Below, piece after piece: positions 58,008-64,000 of a DNA stretch of 64,000 bases. A model generated the notes under the pieces. That model searched no databases. It was given only the letters and a program-made list of their open reading frames with translations, and was not told the DNA's origin. Position 1 is the first letter of the stretch. Every line of letters begins with the position of its first letter. A program made the translations under genes and the position numbers. Origin of the DNA: Gemmatimonadota bacterium (GTDB lineage: Bacteria; Gemmatimonadota; Gemmatimonadetes; Gemmatimonadales; GWC2-71-9). The stretch is taken from positions 1 through 64,000 of the forward strand of contig JAZDCY010000015.1 of assembly GCA_036679645.1 (NCBI GenBank), in the 5' to 3' direction.

Positions 58008-60700
58008 TGAGCGAGATCACTGAACGCCTATCTACCGCGATCGCCGATCGATACAAGATCGAACGTCACTTGGGTCAAGGCGGCATGGCGACCGTCTATC
58101 TTGCCCACGACGTAAAACACGACCGGCAGGTCGCGCTCAAGGTGCTGCGGCCGGAACTGGCCGCCGTCATCGGCGCCGAGCGTTTCCTGCAGGAGATCAA
58201 GACCACTGCCAACCTGCAGCATCCGCACATACTCGGCCTGCACGATTCGGGCGAAGCCGACGGGCTCGTGTTCTACGTCATGCCGTATGTGGAAGGCGAG
58301 ACGCTGCGTGACCGCATGGACCGCGAGCGGCAACTTCCCGTTGGCGAGGCGGTGCGCATTGCACGCGAAGTGGCGGACGCGCTCGAGTACGCGCACGGCC
58401 GTGGTGTGATCCATCGCGACATCAAACCCGAGAACATCCTGTTGCACGGCGGACATGCTCAGGTGGTGGATTTCGGCATCGCGCTGGCGGTGAGTCGCAG
58501 TGAAGGTGGGACACGTCTCACCGAGACGGGCATGTCACTAGGGACGCCGCACTACATGAGTCCCGAGCAGGCGATGGGCGAGCGCGAGATCACGGCAAAG
58601 AGTGACGTCTACGCTCTTGGATGCGTGCTCTACGAAATGCTCACGGGAGAACCGCCCTTCGCGGGTCCCACGGCCCAAGCAATCATCGCGCGGGTGCTCA
58701 CCGAACAGCCGCGCTCGCTCACGGTGCAGCGGAGCACGATCCCGCCGCACGTGGACGCGGCCGTGAGTACGGCACTCGCCAAGCTGCCGGCGGATCGGTT
58801 CGCGAGTGCGGCGCAATTCGCGGAGGCCCTGGGGGATCCCACGTTCGCCACGGCGGCAGCGGCAGCGACCGCGGCGCGCGCCGAAGCAGCGGAGCCGACG
58901 GACCGCCGACGCAGTCGCCGGTCTGTGCTCACGCTCGGGCTTGCCGCAGTCGCGCTTGCGAGCACGTCCCTCGCCGGGTGGGGTTGGCTGAGCGTACGCA
59001 GCGCGTCGCGCCGGCCTACGACGTGGCAGTACACCTCGCTGAGCAACTCGGTCGATCTCATCACGTCGACGCCGTCCCTGGCACTGTCCCCGGATGGCAC
59101 GCTGCTGTTCCGGGAAGACGGCCAGGAGGGGCGGTTGTGGATCAAGCGGCGTGGCGAGCTGGATGCAACACCCGTTCCCGGAACCGAACGCTCTCAGAAC
59201 CCGGTGTTCTCTCCAGACGGTGAGTGGATCGCGTTCGTCGCCGACGGCCGCCTGAAGAAGATCCGGACCAGCGGCGGGGCAAGCGTCACGATCGCCGACT
59301 CGGTGACCGGCGGATTCGGTGGGGCGGCGTGGCTGGACGACGGCTCGTTGGTGTACGTGGGGAACACCTTGCAGAAGTTGTGGCGTGTGAGCGCTGCCGG
59401 TGGCTCGAGTCGGGTGGTCCTGCGTGACGCGTCACTTATCGGTGGTGGGATTGGGATGCCGGTTCCTCTGCCCGACGCGCGGGGCGTGCTGTTTCAGTAT
59501 TGCTCGTCCGGCTGTGTCACCATGAGCATCCACGTATTGGATTTGCGCACGGAAACACAAAAGACGCTGCTCGATGACGTCGCGCAGGCGTGGGTGCTTC
59601 CAAACGGGCGCCTCATGTACGTCCGGCGCGATGGCGTAGCCGTGGCCGCGCCGTTCGATCTCGAAACCCTCGAGATTACGGGAGAAGCCGTGCCGGTGCT
59701 CGAGGACATCGAGGTTCGGGCCTTCAACGGGTTTGCCTTACTCGCGTGGTCCGAATCGGGTTCGTTGATCTACGTGCAGGGATCCGGTAGCACGACGGCC
59801 AACGTGGCCATCCGCGTGGACCGCGATGGGGAAGTCACCGCCATCGACACCGCATGGTCCGGCGCCTTCAACTCGCTCGACCTCTCGCCGGACGGCCGCC
59901 AGTTGGCGGTGGGCGTAGGCGCCGGCGCGGGGATCAATATCTGGGTAAAACAACTCGATGACGGCCCGTTCACACGACTTACGTTCGGCAACCAGGACCG
60001 ACGGCCCGCGTGGTCACCCGACGGACGTCTCGTGGCCTTCGTGCGCGACGATGGCAGCACCAACGCAATCTTTGCCCGCCCCGTAGACGGCAGCGGTCCC
60101 GACCGGGAGATCGCCCGCATCGATCGACAGGTGCAGGAGGCCGCGTGGTCTCCTGACGGCGAGTGGATCGTTCTGCGCACGGATAACGGGACGGAAGGTG
60201 CGGGGGACCTCGTGGGCGTACGCCTGACCGGTGACTCGGTAGGAGTCCCGTTGGTCGCGAGCCCATTCAGTGAGCTGCACCCAACCATCTCGCCCGATGG
60301 GCGTTGGCTGGCCTACACGTCGAACGAATCCGGTCGGAGCGAGGTGTACGTGCGACCCTTTCCCAACACGAACGACGTACGCTGGCAGATCTCGAACGGG
60401 GGAGGTACACAACCGGTGTGGGCACAGAACGGTCGCGAGCTGTTCTATATCGATCCCGCCGGGATGGTGGTTGCTGCCCGTGTTGAGGTGACGTCCACGT
60501 TTACCATCGCCGGTCTCACGACGTTGTTCGACGCGTCGGAGTTCGCATTGGATGCCTTCCATCAATCATATGACGTCACTCCGGACGGGAGCGCCTTCGT
60601 GTTCCTCAGTCCACGGCGGTTGGCGGTCGGAGGGCAAGCATTGCGGATCGTCTGGGTGGATCACTGGTTCACGGATCTCGAAGAGCGTCTCGCGCAGTGA
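58007..60700 (+). CDS. Ser/Thr protein kinase, TM and beta-propeller (K5)
   Basis: TGATG coupling to K4. Intact kinase motifs, TM and PD40 repeats. Confidence 0.93.
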   Translation: MSEITERLSTAIADRYKIERHLGQGGMATVYLAHDVKHDRQVALKVLRPELAAVIGAERFLQEIKTTANLQHPHILGLHDSGEADGLVFYVMPYVEGETLRDRMDRERQLPVGEAVRIAREVADALEYAHGRGVIHRDIKPENILLHGGHAQVVDFGIALAVSRSEGGTRLTETGMSLGTPHYMSPEQAMGEREITAKSDVYALGCVLYEMLTGEPPFAGPTAQAIIARVLTEQPRSLTVQRSTIPPHVDAAVSTALAKLPADRFASAAQFAEALGDPTFATAAAAATAARAEAAEPTDRRRSRRSVLTLGLAAVALASTSLAGWGWLSVRSASRRPTTWQYTSLSNSVDLITSTPSLALSPDGTLLFREDGQEGRLWIKRRGELDATPVPGTERSQNPVFSPDGEWIAFVADGRLKKIRTSGGASVTIADSVTGGFGGAAWLDDGSLVYVGNTLQKLWRVSAAGGSSRVVLRDASLIGGGIGMPVPLPDARGVLFQYCSSGCVTMSIHVLDLRTETQKTLLDDVAQAWVLPNGRLMYVRRDGVAVAAPFDLETLEITGEAVPVLEDIEVRAFNGFALLAWSESGSLIYVQGSGSTTANVAIRVDRDGEVTAIDTAWSGAFNSLDLSPDGRQLAVGVGAGAGINIWVKQLDDGPFTRLTFGNQDRRPAWSPDGRLVAFVRDDGSTNAIFARPVDGSGPDREIARIDRQVQEAAWSPDGEWIVLRTDNGTEGAGDLVGVRLTGDSVGVPLVASPFSELHPTISPDGRWLAYTSNESGRSEVYVRPFPNTNDVRWQISNGGGTQPVWAQNGRELFYIDPAGMVVAARVEVTSTFTIAGLTTLFDASEFALDAFHQSYDVTPDGSAFVFLSPRRLAVGGQALRIVWVDHWFTDLEERLAQ

Positions 60701-60752
60701 TCGGGCGACACCGAGCCGAGATCGGGGGAGGAACCGCGACGATGGCTTGTTC

Positions 60753-60782
60753 TGACACCATGATGGCATTATCATGATGTCA
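60753..60782 (+). promoter_or_regulatory. vapBC autoregulatory operator / leaderless promoter
   Basis: TGACACCATGAT-N6-ATCATGATGTCA inverted repeat with 1 mismatch. TTGTTC-N17-TATCAT ends 6 nt before the ATG. Confidence 0.7.
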
Positions 60783-61033
60783 TGGTTAGAACTCAGATTC
60801 AGCTGACCGAGAGCCAGCACCGAGCCCTGAAGCATTGGGCCAACCGCCTGGGCATCTCGCTCGCCGAGGCCGTGCGGCGTTGCGTGGCGGAGCGGCTGGA
60901 GCGCGACGATACCTCCCTTGGCCGGGCCGCTCGGGTGCGCGAGGCGGAGGTCGTCATTGGGAAGTACGCTTCCGGCCGTTCGGACGTGGCCACGCATCAC
61001 GACGACTACCTGGCCGACGCGTTCTCCAGTTGA
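60782..61033 (+). CDS. vapB: RHH/CopG-type antitoxin
   Basis: MVRTQIQLT....GISLAEAVRR and SG.SDVA..HDDYL; overlaps the PIN gene. Confidence 0.85.
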   Translation: MVRTQIQLTESQHRALKHWANRLGISLAEAVRRCVAERLERDDTSLGRAARVREAEVVIGKYASGRSDVATHHDDYLADAFSS

Positions 61034-61431
61034 GCGTCTTCGTCGATACGTCGGCGCTGTATGCGTTGCTGGACCGGGACGATGCTGGCCACGGTCGTAT
61101 GGCAGAGGCCTGGGCCAAGTTGCTCTCGGGCCCCCGCCCGCTCATCACCAGCAATTACATACTGCTGGAGACCGCCGCGCTACTCCAGCGTCGGCTAGGC
61201 CTCGGCGCCGTGCATGATCTGGACGACTACCTGATGCCGCTGCTCCGGGTTTGGTGGATCACGGAGTCGACGCATCGTCGCGCCATGCGGCGCCTGCGGC
61301 GCCTGGACCGGCGCGGTGTGAGCCTCGTGGATTGCAGCAGCTTCGAGGTGATGGAAGCTGAGGCGATCCGGGACGCGCTCGCCCTCGACGAAGACTTCGC
61401 GGCGGAGGGATTCCGTCTGCTGCCAGCGTAG
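61030..61431 (+). CDS. vapC: PIN-domain toxin
   Basis: VFVDTSALYA, YILLET, SLVDC.SF and LDEDF. The TTG start overlaps the vapB stop. Confidence 0.88.
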   Translation: MSVFVDTSALYALLDRDDAGHGRMAEAWAKLLSGPRPLITSNYILLETAALLQRRLGLGAVHDLDDYLMPLLRVWWITESTHRRAMRRLRRLDRRGVSLVDCSSFEVMEAEAIRDALALDEDFAAEGFRLLPA

Positions 61432-61482
61432 GCGGGGAAGCTCGCGCGAACCCCACATCACTTCGCTGAATGGATTCGTGAT

Positions 61483-61629
61483 ATGAGCGGAATAACGGAA
61501 CGCCTCGAGCACGGCCGCAAGGTCGCCCTCAAAGTCTTACGCCCAGAATCGGCCGCAGTCTTGGGCGCCGAGCGCGTGCAAAGGAGAGCTGTGGATCTGC
61601 TGCTCGAGGACCGCGGGGAAGGACGATGA
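61483..61629 (+). pseudogene. Chimeric remnant: kinase N-terminus fused to an antitoxin C-terminus
   Basis: Translates MSGITERL|EHGRKVALKVLRPESAAVLGAERVQ|RRAVDLLLEDRGEGR*. ATGA overlap with the next PIN ORF. Confidence 0.7.
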
Positions 61630-61829
61630 AGTTCTGGGACACTTCGGCGATCCTGCCCCTCTTGGTGGACGAACCGCAGACGAAGGCCATGGTCGGGCTC
61701 ATGGGGGACGATCCCGCGGCGGCCGTGGTGTTGGCGGACTTTGAACCCCGAACGTTGCCCCTCGTTACACTGGATGACCGGCTGGCCGCCGCCGCGCGGC
61801 GAGAAGGCTTCGAGGTGCTCGGCACATGA
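61626..61829 (+). pseudogene. Internally deleted PIN-domain (VapC) toxin
   Basis: Keeps the N-terminus MKFWDTSAILPLL and the C-terminus VTLDDRLAAAARREGF but is only 67 aa, about half a VapC. Confidence 0.78.
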
Positions 61830-64000
61830 GCGAAATCAGCGAGAAACTGCAGGTTGCGATCGCCGACCGCTACACCATCGAGCGCGAACTCGGCGCCGGT
61901 GGCATGGCGACGGTCTATCTCGCGGAAGATCTGAAACACAAACGCAAGGTCGCACTCAAGGTCCTGCGGCCCGAACTTGCCGCCGTGCTCGGCGCTGAGC
62001 GGTTCGTGCAGGAGATCACCACCACTGCGGCGCTGCAGCACCCGCACATCCTCCCGCTGTACGACAGCGGGAAGGCGGGAGGGCGGGAAGGCGGGACGGA
62101 GTTTCTCTACTATGTGATGCCGTATGTCGAGGGGGAGACGCTGCGTGACAAACTCGACCGTGAGACGCAGCTCGGCATCGACGAAGCGGTGAAGATCACG
62201 GCCGAGGTGGCCGACGCGCTGTACTACGCGCACCAGCAGGGAGTGATCCACCGGGACATCAAGCCGGAGAACATCTTGCTGCACAATGGTCGACCGATGC
62301 TGGCCGATTTCGGCATCGCGCTGAGTGCCGGGGCGGATCGCAACCGGTTAACCGGGATCGGACTCGTGATCGGCACACCTGCCTACATGAGTCCGGAGCA
62401 GGTGGCCGCCGACCGAAACGTCGATGCGCACACCGATCAGTACGCGCTCGCGTGTGTGGTGTACGAGATGCTCGCCGGCGACCCGCCGTTTGTCGCTTCC
62501 AGTGATCAGGCAGTCATGGCCCGCCACGTGACGGATGCGGCACCGCCAATCGACACGGTGCGACCAGAGGTGAACGCTGCGGTGGTCCGTGCGCTTACGA
62601 AAGCCCTCGCCAAGGCGCCGATTGACCGCCATGAATCAGTGAGTGCATTCTGTGCGGCGCTGACGTCCGACACGTCTCCCGTAGATAGCGGCCCGATGTC
62701 CATCGCGGTATTGCCCTTCGTCAACATGAGCCCCGATCCGGACCAGGAGTACTTCGCCGATGGCATGGCGGAAGAACTGATCAGCGCGCTGACCAAGGTC
62801 CCGGGCCTCCGCGTCATCGCCCGTATGTCGGCCTTCGTATTCAAGGGAACGAACCAGGACATTGTGACGATCGGCGCACGACTCAGGGTCGCCATGATCG
62901 TGGAGGGCAGTGTTCGAAGACTGGGGGGACGTCTCCGTGTGACAGTGCAGTTGATCGAGGTATCGGGTGGCCACCAGGTATGGTCCGAGCGATACGATCG
63001 TGCGCTCGACGATCTCTTTGAGGTTCAAGACGATATTGCCCGTCGCATCGTGACGAGCATCACGCCGAAACTCATCGACCAAGGGAGTGAAGCGCTGATC
63101 GTCCGTCCGACCAATAGCCAGGACGCGTACGATCTGTATCTGCGTGCCGGTGAGCATCTCGCGCGCCTGAGTTCCGCAGAGACGCGCAAAGCGGTCACGA
63201 TGCTCGACAGCGCCACCGCTCTCGATCCCCACTTCGCAGGGGCGTGGGCTCGTTTGTCCGGCGCTTGTTGCTTGATGGACGGTTGGTTCGATCACGGAGT
63301 CCATTGGCACGACAAGACGGATCAGGCACTAACTCGGGCCCTCGAATTGGATCCTGACAACGCGGAGGCTCGTATGGTGCAGGGTCGCGTCCTGTGGACG
63401 CCACGTCACGGATTCCGCCACAGAGAGGCGTTGCGCGCCTTGGAGGAATCGCTTCGGTCGCAACCGGGCTCTGCTGCCGCGCGACTATGGCATAGTCTGA
63501 TCCTCTTGCATGTTGGCCTCATGACAAATGCGGAGGAGGGCCTCGAGGAATTGCTGGCGACCGAGCCGAACGATGCGACGGTGTTACAGTTCATCGCGCA
63601 ATGCATGCTATTCCAGTTCCGCTTCGACGCCGCGCAGGAATATCAGGCGCGGGCCCTGGCTGCGGATCCAGGGCATCATTTCGCGCAGATCTTTCAGCCG
63701 ACGGTGCTCCTGTATCAGAACGATCTTGCGGGAGCCGAGTCCGCCCTCGGGGTCGCGCGGCAGTTGCTGAAAGACGATCCGTTGCTTGACGGAAACGAGG
63801 CACTTCTGTGGGCGAAGCGGGGCGAGAGGGATCATGCCGAGGCGGCAATCGCGCGTGCGACGGACGACCGACCCTCCGTAAGTCACAGCCACCATGCGTG
63901 GCACTATGCAGCGGCGGCGTACGCCGTACTACACGAGCACAGCAAGGCGATCGCCCTGCTTCGGGACTCGGCCGACGCTGGGCTTCCAAATTATCCTTTA
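61826..64000 (+). CDS. Ser/Thr protein kinase, TolB_N-like (SIAVLPF) domain and TPR repeats (K6, 3' partial)
   Basis: Hand translation from ATG 61826 gives GAGGMATVY, HRDIKPEN, DFG, GTPAYMSPE and SIAVLPFVNMSPDPDQEYFADG, then helical TPR-like repeats. Open to the window end. Confidence 0.9.
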   Translation, partial: MSEISEKLQVAIADRYTIERELGAGGMATVYLAEDLKHKRKVALKVLRPELAAVLGAERFVQEITTTAALQHPHILPLYDSGKAGGREGGTEFLYYVMPYVEGETLRDKLDRETQLGIDEAVKITAEVADALYYAHQQGVIHRDIKPENILLHNGRPMLADFGIALSAGADRNRLTGIGLVIGTPAYMSPEQVAADRNVDAHTDQYALACVVYEMLAGDPPFVASSDQAVMARHVTDAAPPIDTVRPEVNAAVVRALTKALAKAPIDRHESVSAFCAALTSDTSPVDSGPMSIAVLPFVNMSPDPDQEYFADGMAEELISALTKVPGLRVIARMSAFVFKGTNQDIVTIGARLRVAMIVEGSVRRLGGRLRVTVQLIEVSGGHQVWSERYDRALDDLFEVQDDIARRIVTSITPKLIDQGSEALIVRPTNSQDAYDLYLRAGEHLARLSSAETRKAVTMLDSATALDPHFAGAWARLSGACCLMDGWFDHGVHWHDKTDQALTRALELDPDNAEARMVQGRVLWTPRHGFRHREALRALEESLRSQPGSAAARLWHSLILLHVGLMTNAEEGLEELLATEPNDATVLQFIAQCMLFQFRFDAAQEYQARALAADPGHHFAQIFQPTVLLYQNDLAGAESALGVARQLLKDDPLLDGNEALLWAKRGERDHAEAAIARATDDRPSVSHSHHAWHYAAAAYAVLHEHSKAIALLRDSADAGLPNYPL

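Noticed and set aside
46881..60700. Diversity-generating retroelement or shufflon driving the kinase array
   Set aside because: No reverse transcriptase or recombinase in the window, no TR/VR pair with adenine-specific differences, and all genes are co-oriented.

Overview
High-GC bacterial chromosome window. The gene content (tricorn protease, VPS10/BNR and FG-GAP secreted proteins, expanded Hanks kinases with TolB-like propellers) suggests Gemmatimonadota or a similar phylum; this is an inference. There are three zones. (1) Envelope and housekeeping genes at 1-11356 and 29194-46600, including threonine dehydratase, tricorn protease, leucine dehydrogenase, moaA, pntAA/AB/B and TauE. (2) An ~18 kb defence island at ~11380-29101 with no integrase. 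It holds a type-1-order BREX cluster (brxA-like, brxB, brxC, pglX, pglZ, brxL) whose brxC is frameshifted, an orphan Panacea/SocA antitoxin, a divergent rmuC behind tandem palindromic operators, an AbiEi-type antitoxin and a DUF6036-type nucleotidyltransferase pair. (3) A >17 kb tandem array of Ser/Thr kinases at 46881 to >64000. Five have a near-identical, visibly mosaic kinase cassette fused to strongly diverged membrane-anchored beta-propeller ectodomains. They carry alternating repeat-derived leaders and are followed by intact and decayed VapBC modules, making a candidate recombination-diversified receptor-kinase system. Across the window are two families of periodic (7-nt and 8-nt) palindromic repeats and a series of short deletion scars. 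No rRNA, tRNA, CRISPR array or transposase was recognised.
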